Virus record (IMG/VR): IMGVR_UViG_3300009008_000005
Coordinates: 96,001 to 160,000 of that record
Strand: one strand, 5' to 3'
DNA: 64,000 nucleotides
Source of the DNA: a virus
In this document: piece by piece, positions 16,742 through 25,458 of the stretch
Layout of the letters: the number at the start of each line of letters is the position of its first letter
How positions within the stretch are numbered: position 1 is the first letter of the stretch
The notes under the pieces: generated by a model
Databases searched by the model: none
What the model was told of the DNA's origin: nothing
Seen by the model: the letters and a program-made list of their open reading frames with translations, nothing else
Position numbers and translations under genes: made by a program

Positions 16742-17436
16742 CGAATCACCTTCACGGCCTGCCAGTCACCGAAGATGACTGTTACCTCAGCGTGACCCTC
16801 GTCACCACTCACCTGGAACCTTGGGAGGATCTCCGAAGGCATCTTGAAGATGAGTCCTACATTGCTCTCTGCATGTACAAGGGCCATGGAGGAGGCATTT
16901 TCCATCGAAAGTAGCTCTGCGAAGCCCTCGTAGTTAACTACGAGGGTTACGGCCATCGAGCGGTGATGGAAAACAGCACCTTGGGAGATACCCTCACTCA
17001 CATTTCCAGGCTCGATACCTAGGTGGAAGATGTTTTTGAGCCTATGGACGGCTGTGATGCCCTCATCATTGGCTTCATAAGGCCCAAAGGCGACATCGGT
17101 GCCCTTGATGAGCTTTCCGTCGATACCTTCGGACCCAGAGGGGTCCATTGCGCCTTCCCGGAGCTGATCGAGGAAGTCGCCGATCGCCATTGTTGCTTCG
17201 GTATGCTTCTCCATCTGCTCAAAAAGCAGTTTTACCTCTGCTTGGAGGTCTTCGAGCGTAGGCGGGGCAGGATCAGGACACTTACAGGTCTCAGCCCTCT
17301 CCTGGATCACTTTCTCCATCGTCGGGGTGTCCTCCAGCCTTGGCTTCGTCGGTGAAGCTGACGGTTGGCTCGAAGGGGTCGAGGATTGGTCGGATGTTAG
17401 GTTGGGTGATTGATCCTGTTTCTTGCTCTTGCCCAT
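16738..17436 (-). CDS. hypothetical protein (alternative start 17319)
   Basis: GGGAGG SD at both candidate starts. Confidence 0.7.
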   Translation of the reverse strand: MGKSKKQDQSPNLTSDQSSTPSSQPSASPTKPRLEDTPTMEKVIQERAETCKCPDPAPPTLEDLQAEVKLLFEQMEKHTEATMAIGDFLDQLREGAMDPSGSEGIDGKLIKGTDVAFGPYEANDEGITAVHRLKNIFHLGIEPGNVSEGISQGAVFHHRSMAVTLVVNYEGFAELLSMENASSMALVHAESNVGLIFKMPSEILPRFQVSGDEGHAEVTVIFGDWQAVKVIR

Positions 17437-17740
17437 AGGTTGCCTCCCAGTGCGTTGCAGATACCATGGAGAGGATCCTTGCGACCTCTTTCTCATGGTC
17501 AGAGTTAGGGCACATTGACGCCTGCAACTCTACAAGCGCCCGTGCGATATCCAGCCTCTCGGAAATAGACATCTGCCTTAGTGTGGACATTACGGTGCGG
17601 AGTCTATGAATCTCCGTGTTCGAAGGAAGGACCATCTTCGTCACTTCTCGATAGTCTTCCCATGTCCAAGGCTCACCGGCTTCGACCTCCATTCGGAAGC
17701 GACTTAGGGTGTCCCTACCGACGATTTTACCGTCCATCAT
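17291..17740 (-). CDS. hypothetical protein
   Basis: AGGAG SD; first gene after a sigma70-like promoter. Confidence 0.7.
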   Translation of the reverse strand: MMDGKIVGRDTLSRFRMEVEAGEPWTWEDYREVTKMVLPSNTEIHRLRTVMSTLRQMSISERLDIARALVELQASMCPNSDHEKEVARILSMVSATHWEATYGQEQETGSITQPNIRPILDPFEPTVSFTDEAKAGGHPDDGESDPGEG

Positions 17741-17759
17741 TTTCGTCTCCTATGGCCTC

Positions 17760-17787
17760 ATTGTGGTGGTTCAGGAACGGGTGTCAA
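17760..17787 (-). promoter_or_regulatory. sigma70-like promoter TTGACA-N16-CACAAT
   Basis: Perfect -35 box at the head of the long minus-strand operon. Confidence 0.55.
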
Positions 17788-17871
17788 GTGAAAATGTTTA
17801 CCACGATGCTCAAAGTCGTATACATATGCTCTATTTTTACGTGGAATAGGTAGGGGCTCATTTTCCCGGGG

Positions 17872-17913
17872 TATTTCGGCGAAATAGCCTGTTTGGTGTA
17901 TTTCGACGAAATA
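17872..17913. repeat. tandem pair of TATTTC-N3-GAAATA palindromes (17872-17886, 17899-17913)
   Basis: In a divergent promoter region, 7 nt before ATAAG at 17921. Confidence 0.85.
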
Positions 17914-17951
17914 GTACGGCATAAGAAGAGTGGACCCCAAGATGGAGGCAT

Positions 17952-18257
17952 ATGCATATGACAAGGAATGAGTTCGCTCGTATCCTGGATGGATTGATCT
18001 CTTCCCGGATCCCGAGCTTCGTCAGGGAGAGTGTAGTGATACAGTATGACCGCAGAGCAGTACACGACCGGATACGGATGAGGCTCCCTCAATTTCTCCA
18101 CGACACCACGACAAGGGAGAGGGAGACCGGCATCTTGTGCGATGGGTGCCATACATTCTTGAAGGATATACTCATCGGTGATCTTCCGGGGTGCACAGTC
18201 GTGTGTGTGGACGCACGCAGCGAGGAATTCTACATCGCTGTCACCGTACGATACTAA
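17952..18257 (+). CDS. hypothetical protein
   Basis: GGAGG SD; ATAAG 31 nt upstream. Confidence 0.75.
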   Translation: MHMTRNEFARILDGLISSRIPSFVRESVVIQYDRRAVHDRIRMRLPQFLHDTTTRERETGILCDGCHTFLKDILIGDLPGCTVVCVDARSEEFYIAVTVRY

Positions 18258-18275
18258 AAACATGAACATCCCAGC

Positions 18276-18365
18276 ATAAGAATAGCGAAACTCAACCGTG
18301 CCCTGGGAAGGAAAACCGTAAGGTTTTTCTTACCTTTCCGGCATAAGAATAGTGAACCCAACCTT
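18276..18365 (+). promoter_or_regulatory. two tandem ATAAGAATAG promoter motifs separated by a terminator-like hairpin
   Basis: ATAAG at 18276 and 18343; GAAAACC-GTAA-GGTTTTTC between them. Confidence 0.65.
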
Positions 18366-18379
18366 GTCTAGGAGGAGCG

Positions 18380-18670
18380 ATGACAACAAGTGACTGGGCG
18401 CTCTTCGCCCACCTACTAGGGCAGGTCTCCGAAAGTCTGCTACGCACAGCTACTCAACCCGTCGGAAGGGTATCGAACCCCACTACTATTCGAATAGGAT
18501 TCGACGCTCTGCGTGGTGATATCCCCCATAAAATCCGAGATTTCATCGAGGCCAATGACCTCGATCTAGACTTCACCAACTCAACCTCGCTCGTCATCGA
18601 GAACGGGACCAAGATCCGTATCTCCATCCTATATGGGCCCAGCAGGGATCGCTACGTGAGGAGAATGTAA
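18380..18670 (+). CDS. hypothetical protein
   Basis: AGGAGG SD. Confidence 0.75.
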   Translation: MTTSDWALFAHLLGQVSESLLRTATQPVGRVSNPTTIRIGFDALRGDIPHKIRDFIEANDLDLDFTNSTSLVIENGTKIRISILYGPSRDRYVRRM

Positions 18671-18951
18671 TGCCAACAGAGCAGGACTTCGCAAGGCAGC
18701 TCACAAATAGTATCCGACAAGCGATCCAAAACTACCTCGATACCCCGGATAGATCGCTGAGTCGTCTCGTTAGCGCAGCGTCATGCGGCCACATATACCA
18801 CCCCATCCGAACTAGCATCAACAGTGATGCCGAGTTCCGAGACGTCTACGAGATAACTTTCGTCAGCGGACCTGTGGATCTTGTAGCTAGGAGGGCTGTT
18901 ATCTCGATCAACTATAGGACATGGACCCCCACGGAGGGCTGGAATGGATGA
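18670..18951 (+). CDS. hypothetical protein
   Basis: TAATG overlap. Confidence 0.7.
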   Translation: MPTEQDFARQLTNSIRQAIQNYLDTPDRSLSRLVSAASCGHIYHPIRTSINSDAEFRDVYEITFVSGPVDLVARRAVISINYRTWTPTEGWNG

Positions 18952-18990
18952 CATCGAACTCGAAGTGAGATACAGCTAGGAGGTGAATCT

Positions 18991-19638
18991 ATGTCACATT
19001 GGCTACGAAAGAGGTGCAGTGACCTGGGTGCGGAGGCCATGAACCTTCGCCGAAAGCTCGGGAAGGTGGAGAACGAGCGGGACACCATCGCACGGAAGGT
19101 GATCAATCTAATCCTCCCGGAGTTCATCCCGCTCTGGAGGAAGTACAACTTCTGCCTCTACAAGGGAATCCACTGGGATGTGGTCGACGATGACTCGTCG
19201 AAGTACCACCACTACTCCCGCTCCTTCAACAGCTACTCCTACATCTTTGACCAATACAAGGGGGAGTCCTGCATCGTCATCGAGCAGCGCACGAACACGG
19301 GTACCAACGACAGGATGGAGTTCCCGCTCCGCTTCGTGCACCTTCACGACGAGGACACCATCGTGATCGACCCGGAACTCTACAACTGGGTCGAGAAGGA
19401 CCTGAGGGATGCACTGGACCAGGGACTGAAGCAGGCCCTCGCTGCGAACATCCAGTTCGAAGAGGCTGCGGGTAAGGCGGACTGCGGGTTCCTCATCCAG
19501 CCCGGTAGCTGGGACCCTCAGAAGGATCCATGGCTCACCACGGACGGAAAAGGTAAGCTCCGAGGGGTTGGCTCCAAGGCCAAGAGTGACCTCACCGTCG
19601 AGGAGATCACGGATCGGTGGCGCTACAAGAAGCCTTAG
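18991..19638 (+). CDS. hypothetical protein
   Basis: AGGAGGT SD; strong GC3 bias. Confidence 0.8.
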   Translation: MSHWLRKRCSDLGAEAMNLRRKLGKVENERDTIARKVINLILPEFIPLWRKYNFCLYKGIHWDVVDDDSSKYHHYSRSFNSYSYIFDQYKGESCIVIEQRTNTGTNDRMEFPLRFVHLHDEDTIVIDPELYNWVEKDLRDALDQGLKQALAANIQFEEAAGKADCGFLIQPGSWDPQKDPWLTTDGKGKLRGVGSKAKSDLTVEEITDRWRYKKP

Positions 19639-19647
19639 GGGGCGCAC

Positions 19648-19890
19648 GTGATACCTTCTGAGGTGGCAGCAGAAATCAACAACCTAATCATCTGGAAGCT
19701 CCGGGAGGCCCTGGTCTCCGGAGATATTCCGGTGGATGCAGACGGAACAGGGAGGTACGATCCTGAACGTGTGTGGATGCCTGTACAGACGAGGCTGACC
19801 GAGATCGGCAACGGCGGTCTGACGTCCACCACTGTCATAGGGCACCGCAAACTTGAACTGAAGATCTACGGATACCGAAATAGAGAATGA
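19648..19890 (+). CDS. hypothetical protein
   Basis: GTG start in operon. Confidence 0.6.
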   Translation: MIPSEVAAEINNLIIWKLREALVSGDIPVDADGTGRYDPERVWMPVQTRLTEIGNGGLTSTTVIGHRKLELKIYGYRNRE

Positions 19891-19912
19891 ACCAAACTGC
19901 CTGGAGGAAATC

Positions 19913-20200
19913 ATGCATAAGCTTATGTTCTACGTCGTCATCTTCGTCATCGTCATCTCCGTCTCTTGCGGACGAGGCTTCCTCGTCGGCGAGCAGCGGG
20001 TAACCACAGCCGCCGAGAAGGCCGGTCTGCAGAGTGCGAAGATCATATCCTCACACCGCATCTGGCCCGTGTTCTTCGGCTGCGACAAGCACGATGCGGC
20101 GGGCTTCAAGGTCGAGGGGATCAACCCCAACGGCATGAAGGTCGACGCCATGGTCTGCTGCGGATGGATCCTCAAGGGCTGCACCATGAGGTACGAGTAG
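19913..20200 (+). CDS. secreted or membrane-anchored Cys-containing small protein
   Basis: N-terminal hydrophobic segment; GCDKHD...VCCGWILKGCT. Confidence 0.75.
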   Translation: MHKLMFYVVIFVIVISVSCGRGFLVGEQRVTTAAEKAGLQSAKIISSHRIWPVFFGCDKHDAAGFKVEGINPNGMKVDAMVCCGWILKGCTMRYE

Positions 20201-20208
20201 GGGTGCCA

Positions 20209-20484
20209 ATGCCTCAAGAACCACTCTTCGTAAGAATAACCGATGAGCAACTGTGGCGGTTCCTAGACCATGCTCAGCGGGTGGTGCAGAGTAAAGTGTA
20301 TGAGCACGCTGGGTCTGACCATATGGAAGGAACTGTGAGGGTCGACGTCATCGCTGAGATGCGTATCTTCCGGGACCAGGAGTTGGGTCTGGATGGTAGA
20401 AGGGACTTCTGGGTATCTGGCTATGGCGCTGATCCGGGTGCAGGCTCTCGGAGAATCAAGTTCAAAATCCACTACTATGAGTAG
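20209..20484 (+). CDS. hypothetical protein
   Basis: Start MPQEPLF, 8 nt after the upstream stop. Confidence 0.65.
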   Translation: MPQEPLFVRITDEQLWRFLDHAQRVVQSKVYEHAGSDHMEGTVRVDVIAEMRIFRDQELGLDGRRDFWVSGYGADPGAGSRRIKFKIHYYE

Positions 20485-20486
20485 GG

Positions 20487-20507
20487 AAAAGGCCTTCGGG
20501 CCTTTTT
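20487..20507. terminator. bidirectional terminator
   Basis: AAAAGGCC-TTCG-GGCCTTTTT. Confidence 0.8.
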
Positions 20508-21024
20508 ACCCCGAACGTGTGTGAGACCGCACCTCTGTACCATCTTTCCGTGTGTAGGCCCTTACAGTCTCCGTACCCTCTCCGCCCGGAAGCAGCTTAC
20601 CCTGTGCGAGATAGCCCCTAGCACCCTCCAAGGGAGAGTAGCCGTAGGCCTTGTAGACCTTAACAAGGTTCTCATTGGACACTGACCTGTCCTTGTAAGC
20701 GTCTGGACGGACAACGAAGGCTGCGTCCGGGAAAGACTTGCGAACTACGTTGTGAAGTACCGTCCCCACCTTCTTGTTGCGGAACTCTGGCTTCACATGG
20801 AGACCCACTAACTCGAAGATCTGCTTTCCAGGTGCGCTTATATCCCGTAGCACGATCTGCCCGATCATGGGATCCTCTCGACTACCTAGAAAGAACGCAT
20901 AGTGGCCGGGTTTCTCTGCACGTGTGAAGTAAAGCCCGTTCCGCTCATGTTCGTCCACTACCTTGAACCTAAGGTACTCGGTGGACTGCCCTGAGGATGT
21001 GCCTTTGCCTTTAGGAATAGCCAT
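20506..21024 (-). CDS. GNAT-family acetyltransferase with basic C-terminal tag
   Basis: Motif A LHVKPEFRNKKVGT, motif B LVKVYKAYGY; GGGAGGT SD. Confidence 0.8.
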   Translation of the reverse strand: MAIPKGKGTSSGQSTEYLRFKVVDEHERNGLYFTRAEKPGHYAFFLGSREDPMIGQIVLRDISAPGKQIFELVGLHVKPEFRNKKVGTVLHNVVRKSFPDAAFVVRPDAYKDRSVSNENLVKVYKAYGYSPLEGARGYLAQGKLLPGGEGTETVRAYTRKDGTEVRSHTRSG

Positions 21025-21122
21025 TGACCACCTCCCTGACGTACATGGTAACACGCACGTATGGCGTGCAAAAAGTAAATACCTTTGGGGGATAAGAAAG
21101 GTAGAACCTAAGGAGGTAAGCC

Positions 21123-21359
21123 ATGCCGATCATACCGATACCACATGACGAACTCAAAGCGTCGCTAGACTACTTCACCGCTAACCTAGAGGCGAACCTC
21201 TTCCGGTTCAGAGTGCTCGAACCGCATCTGGCCCTCTCTTCTGTCTACGTGCGACCTGCCAGTATGCTTCGGCAGAGGCTACGAGTGTTCCCTTCTGTCT
21301 CTATGCGCACACATATCGATACGCCTGAGCGTAGGATAGAAGTGCACATAAACTGGTAG
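21123..21359 (+). CDS. hypothetical protein
   Basis: AAGGAGGT SD; ATAAG 31 nt upstream. Confidence 0.75.
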   Translation: MPIIPIPHDELKASLDYFTANLEANLFRFRVLEPHLALSSVYVRPASMLRQRLRVFPSVSMRTHIDTPERRIEVHINW

Positions 21360-21489
21360 CTCTGGTGCAAAAAAACTCTGGCCTCTCTTTGCTTAAAGAA
21401 ATACATGATCCAGGTATAAGAGAATCAAGCCGAACCAGCCGACTCCCATATTTTGGTTTGTCCGCTGCCGAGGCTTTTATATAATTGTG

Positions 21490-21625
21490 GGCGTGCGTTG
21501 CTGCTCAAACAGTTGTCCTGGATCCTGACTCCGCACCAGGGGAAGGGCACTGTATCTGTGACGGGGAGCCGTAGGAGCCTTGATCCAGTCATGGAATAAA
21601 GGAGGGGGATTAGCCCCCCTTCTTT
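21490..21625 (+). ncRNA. candidate small RNA
   Basis: ORF-free stretch between TTGTCC-N16-TATAAT (21458-21485) and a terminator at 21598-21625; complementary CTGGATC/GATCCAG arms. Confidence 0.35.
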
Positions 21626-21652
21626 ACATGCAAAAACTGGCTATAAAAAGAG

Positions 21653-21675
21653 ATAAGAATAGTGAACCCCAACCG
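21653..21675 (+). promoter_or_regulatory. ATAAG-class promoter motif (ATAAGAATAGTGAACCCCAACC)
   Basis: Identical 22-mer to those at 8605 and 9225. Confidence 0.7.
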
Positions 21676-21693
21676 TACCTTAGGAGGTGCACT

Positions 21694-22098
21694 ATGTCCG
21701 AGAAGCTGCAGATTCATCTCTACCGTGGACTCCCTGGCTCCGGCAAGACCACCGCTGCCCAGAAGAACCACCGCTACGTCTTCGAAGCGGATGAGTTCTT
21801 CATGGTGGGGGACGAGTACAAGTTCAACCCCCGCAACATCGGCGACGCTCACGACTGGTGCCAGGCCAGGGTGAAGCGGGCCCTGTTCCAGGGGAAGACC
21901 TGTGCGGTGTCCAACACCTCCACCCGCCGCTGGGAGGTCGCCCAGTACCAGCAGATCGCCGACATGTTCGGTGCCGAGCTGGTGGTCCACCACTGCACCG
22001 GGAAGTTCGAGAACGTCCACGGCGTGCCGGAGGATGTGATCGAGCGGATGGGTGACCGGTGGGAGGCCTGGGACGGCGAGGAGACCTACGAGGACTAG
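21694..22098 (+). CDS. P-loop kinase, AAA_33/N4BP2-like polynucleotide kinase
   Basis: Walker A GLPGSGKT; EADEFF...YKFNP..I..AHDWCQ; VSNTSTRRWE. Confidence 0.85.
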   Translation: MSEKLQIHLYRGLPGSGKTTAAQKNHRYVFEADEFFMVGDEYKFNPRNIGDAHDWCQARVKRALFQGKTCAVSNTSTRRWEVAQYQQIADMFGAELVVHHCTGKFENVHGVPEDVIERMGDRWEAWDGEETYED

Positions 22099-22121
22099 AT
22101 CCATTCAGGGGGGAGTGGGAG

Positions 22122-22147
22122 AAGGGGGCGCTCTGCGCCCCCTTTTT
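22122..22147. terminator. bidirectional terminator
   Basis: AAGGGGGCGC-TCT-GCGCCCCCTTTTT. Confidence 0.8.
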
Positions 22148-22153
22148 ACCACC

Positions 22154-22531
22154 CTACTTCTTACGTAGAAGTCTGTGCTCCTCTACCTCTGGTCTCTCCG
22201 CTGCACGTGTGCATAACCTGGCGCAGTCCTCTTCGGTCTGTGCTACATGACCACTAGCGATCTTCTCTCCGCTACCGGCGAGGATGTACCAGGCTCGTGT
22301 GTAGTACCTCGTCGTCTCTGTCCAGATCTGTAGGATCTCTCCATGCGCAGGGGTGAACGTGAATGTGACCTGCTTCAACTCCCCTCCACATCCAGGGCAG
22401 GTGTAGTGTGCATCATTGAGTACCACCTGTCCCGTGGAGGAACAAGCTTCGCATTTAGGTAGTCCTAGTGTGGGCTCTTTACGAGCGTACCAGACCCTCT
22501 CTCCCACCGTGTGGGGAAGCTCTATTCGCAT
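22154..22531 (-). CDS. Zn-finger (CxxC...CxxC) hypothetical protein
   Basis: CEAC...CPGCGG, DnaJ-Zn-like. Confidence 0.7.
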   Translation of the reverse strand: MRIELPHTVGERVWYARKEPTLGLPKCEACSSTGQVVLNDAHYTCPGCGGELKQVTFTFTPAHGEILQIWTETTRYYTRAWYILAGSGEKIASGHVAQTEEDCARLCTRAAERPEVEEHRLLRKK

Positions 22532-22549
22532 GTTGTACCTTGGGTTAGG

Positions 22550-23992
22550 TTATAGGCGACTAGCAGTCTTGTATAGGTCCAGAGCCATCCCGAGCTTGGT
22601 GGGCTCCTTCTTCTCCTTACCCTTCTTCATAGCAAAACCTGCCGACCCACCAGCCGCAGCTACGCCGCCCCATGCACCTACGCTCTTGCCGGTCTCCTTC
22701 TTCAGAGTCTTGTGTGCAGCGTCGGCCTTAGTCTTCTTTAGACCCAGGAGGACCGAATCCCGATTCATCCTCTTCTTAGCCTTGTGCTTTCGCAGATGTC
22801 CCTTCAGGTCCAGAGGGCCCTTTGCAGGGGTGTTAGATTCAAGGAAAGTCTTCGCTGTGGATTTTATCTGCCCTTTAAGTTCCTTATTGGCCCTAATAAC
22901 ATTCGGAATACCTTCACGAGTTCCCTTGAAGGTCATAACGTCCTTACCCTTACGGAGGAGATCCATCGCCTTTCCTGCGGTCTTGCTCATCTTAGGTGCT
23001 TCAGTTGGTTTAGGGGCCATTGTAGATTTACCACCCATCCAACTGGGTGTTTTAGTAGGCTTAGCTGCTGCGGGAGTAGACTGGTTCAAAGGGGCCTTAC
23101 CGGCCATGTAACGTGTATGGTCCATGCCACCAGTGTATCCCTGCGGTGCGTAGGATTTCTGTGTAGCTCCGTAGGCAGATGCATTGGACTTAAGATTAGT
23201 CTTAGCACTACTAGAGTGTCCACCCATCCAAGTCGGCATCGCCTGACGCATTTTCAGCCTTCCAGCCTTTGCTCTGCTGGATGCGATGGCCTTATTCACA
23301 CCGCCTGTGAGCCAACCCCCTTTTGCGGGCTGGGCAGCTTGAGCTTTCCTAGTAAGCGCAGCAGGCCTAGGTGCAGGTCCACGGGACATGGGCAGAGTCC
23401 TGGCTCCTCTCTGACCAAGAGGCATAGCCGACCTTGTGCGAGCTGCGTTACCAGCAGCAGCACGTACGTCAGCGTAGCTGGCCTGTGCACGCTTCAGCAT
23501 GGACTCCCCGTTACGAATCTTCCCTGCCTTCTTATCCTTGGATCCGCTCGTTGCTGTATTCATCTCGTTAGCCTTTCGTGGTAGCTCCTTCACAAACTTA
23601 GACCTCTTCACAACAGTCTTTACTGCTGCCGATGACTCCTTCTTCATAGCCTTCCGACCTAGAGCTGCGCCGCCACCGATAGCTCCCCACGCACCAAGAC
23701 CCTTCAGGGTCTCCTTGCCCAAAGTGTTGCGGGCTGTTTCCCTATCCATGCCTGCCAAGATATGATCTTTACGGTTTCTCTGCAGTAGGTCCTTTGAGGC
23801 CTCTACCATCTGTGCTCTCAAGGAGCCTTTAGCTCCCGGGTCCTTAGCTGCTGCTTCCGATAAGGCTTCTGCGTCAAGGTCCAGGGCCTTCATCTTCCTT
23901 CTAGACGATAGGTAATCACGTCCAGAGGACCTGGCCTTACCGAAGCTGAAGATCTCCCCGGTTCTCTTTAGACCTCTGCGCACCTTTCCCAT
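22550..23992 (-). CDS. Lys/Ala-rich basic protein, probable internal virion protein
   Basis: GGAGGT SD at MGKVRR; duplicated Gly-rich hydrophobic segments; KTA motifs as in the head module. Confidence 0.75.
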   Translation of the reverse strand: MGKVRRGLKRTGEIFSFGKARSSGRDYLSSRRKMKALDLDAEALSEAAAKDPGAKGSLRAQMVEASKDLLQRNRKDHILAGMDRETARNTLGKETLKGLGAWGAIGGGAALGRKAMKKESSAAVKTVVKRSKFVKELPRKANEMNTATSGSKDKKAGKIRNGESMLKRAQASYADVRAAAGNAARTRSAMPLGQRGARTLPMSRGPAPRPAALTRKAQAAQPAKGGWLTGGVNKAIASSRAKAGRLKMRQAMPTWMGGHSSSAKTNLKSNASAYGATQKSYAPQGYTGGMDHTRYMAGKAPLNQSTPAAAKPTKTPSWMGGKSTMAPKPTEAPKMSKTAGKAMDLLRKGKDVMTFKGTREGIPNVIRANKELKGQIKSTAKTFLESNTPAKGPLDLKGHLRKHKAKKRMNRDSVLLGLKKTKADAAHKTLKKETGKSVGAWGGVAAAGGSAGFAMKKGKEKKEPTKLGMALDLYKTASRL

Positions 23993-24051
23993 AGGAACCT
24001 CCATACACACGGATTATCGCACCCGCCTAGGCCACGATGCAAGCGCAGGGG

Positions 24052-24066
24052 TATTTCAACGAAATA
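24052..24066. repeat. TATTTC-N3-GAAATA palindrome
   Basis: TATTTCAACGAAATA in a divergent promoter, 5 nt before ATAAG. Confidence 0.8.
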
Positions 24067-24104
24067 CGGGCATAAGAAAGGTGGACGATCAGAATGGAGG
24101 TGAC

Positions 24105-24338
24105 ATGAGTATAGGAAGAGATCTCCCCTTCGACATCCTGGAGGTGCTGAAGAATGCGGAGTTCGCCCTGGACTATATAACCGAAACGGGGAGGCAGAGC
24201 AGTACCTATCACACAGCTACCGACATCGTTATCCGTAGGGTAAGGGAACTCGGTGACATGTACCAGGATCTCACCTTCCAGACCATACTTGACCCACGCA
24301 ACCGGATAATCCGAGTGGAGGTGTTCCAAAATGAGTAA
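24105..24338 (+). CDS. hypothetical protein
   Basis: GGAGGT SD; ATAAG 33 nt upstream. Confidence 0.75.
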   Translation: MSIGRDLPFDILEVLKNAEFALDYITETGRQSSTYHTATDIVIRRVRELGDMYQDLTFQTILDPRNRIIRVEVFQNE

Positions 24339-25062
24339 GCTGCGGAACCGTTTCTACATCAAGATTGAGTTCGCCTACGCCGATGAACCGGCGAAGACGC
24401 ACGTCATGAGGAAGCTGTTCTACACGTACAGCGGTGCCGTCACGTACCGCACCACGTTGAACAGCTCCGAAGGTGCGCACATGAGACTGCAGGGCGAGAG
24501 AGTCATCGTCTCGAAGATCGGGCCGGTGGAACCCTTGCATAAAAGAGACACGGAGGTGGAGGAGATGCCGGAAGAGCAGCAGAGCACAGGGACGAAGATC
24601 TGGACAGGGAAGGCGAAGCACGCATGGGGCGAGAGGTCCGTGAACGAGTCCTTCGGCTACCTACTCGGGCAGTGGAAGTTGAAGAGACTGCTGCGGAAGG
24701 GGGACACGGCCTACCTGCAGTTCTTCTCCTCCGACGACACCTGGAAGATCGTCGTGGAGAAGGAGAACGGCAAGTTCGTTCGCATGGGCGTCAAGTGCCC
24801 GTTCTTCGAGGGGACCTTCCGATATGGCCAGGCCGTCTTCCGCACCCCTTTCACGGACAACGACCCACAGGAAATCCTGGAGCAGCTCGACGACACCCAC
24901 GCCCTCTACGGACTCGGCAACGGGTTCACCTGGACCGAGATGGAGGCCGAGGAGGTCGAAGAGGAGGTCGAAGAGGACGCCACGGATGCTACCGAGACCG
25001 TCCTGCTCGACGAGGATGACCTCCCGGAGAATGCGCCTCCACCGGAGCAGCACATCCACTAG
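24331..25062 (+). CDS. hypothetical protein with acidic C-terminal tail
   Basis: GGAGGT SD; strong GC3 bias. Confidence 0.8.
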   Translation: MSKLRNRFYIKIEFAYADEPAKTHVMRKLFYTYSGAVTYRTTLNSSEGAHMRLQGERVIVSKIGPVEPLHKRDTEVEEMPEEQQSTGTKIWTGKAKHAWGERSVNESFGYLLGQWKLKRLLRKGDTAYLQFFSSDDTWKIVVEKENGKFVRMGVKCPFFEGTFRYGQAVFRTPFTDNDPQEILEQLDDTHALYGLGNGFTWTEMEAEEVEEEVEEDATDATETVLLDEDDLPENAPPPEQHIH

Positions 25063-25087
25063 AGTGGGTTGCACCCTCACGTGAGAT

Positions 25088-25110
25088 AAGGCCCTGCGGG
25101 GCCTTTTCTT
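25088..25110 (+). terminator. intrinsic terminator
   Basis: AAGGCCC-TGC-GGGGCCTTTTCTT. Confidence 0.7.
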
Positions 25111-25152
25111 AGTTCCAGGTATAAGAAAAGCAGACAAAAATGGAGGTGACTA

Positions 25153-25458
25153 ATGGGTGAAGTACTGACAACGGCTGCGCAAGTTGAAGCTTTGGTCGCA
25201 CTCGATCACGCCCCGGATGTGGGGATCGGTCGGACTGCCATCGTGGAGCTTGTGCAGAAAGCTAAAGTGTCCGAGGAGCGATTGCAGGTCATCGGGTCCA
25301 GCCGGTCCCAGCTCCTCACGTTCATCCTGAACCAGGGTAGCTGCTGCCAGGGTCATGATGATTGCATGCACGGATATGAGGAGGCTTCCAACGGGTCCAA
25401 CTGCAGGGCTTGTTGGCTGGCCTTCTCCGAACGAAGCCTCGCAAGGAGAGATACATGA
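25153..25458 (+). CDS. Cys-rich (possible Zn-binding) hypothetical protein
   Basis: SCC...DC...CRAC; GGAGGT SD; ATAAG 32 nt upstream. Confidence 0.7.
   Translation: MGEVLTTAAQVEALVALDHAPDVGIGRTAIVELVQKAKVSEERLQVIGSSRSQLLTFILNQGSCCQGHDDCMHGYEEASNGSNCRACWLAFSERSLARRDT

Noticed and set aside
17758-17964. 68-aa minus-strand ORF
   Set aside because: It spans a divergent promoter region containing TTGACA, two palindromes and ATAAG, is AT-rich and has no SD; more likely non-coding.
8205-21675. CRISPR-like array suggested by the recurring ATAAGAATAGTGAACCCCAACC
   Set aside because: Copies are separated by whole genes or kilobases and sit at fixed distances before start codons, so they are promoter repeats and not regularly spaced repeats with spacers.
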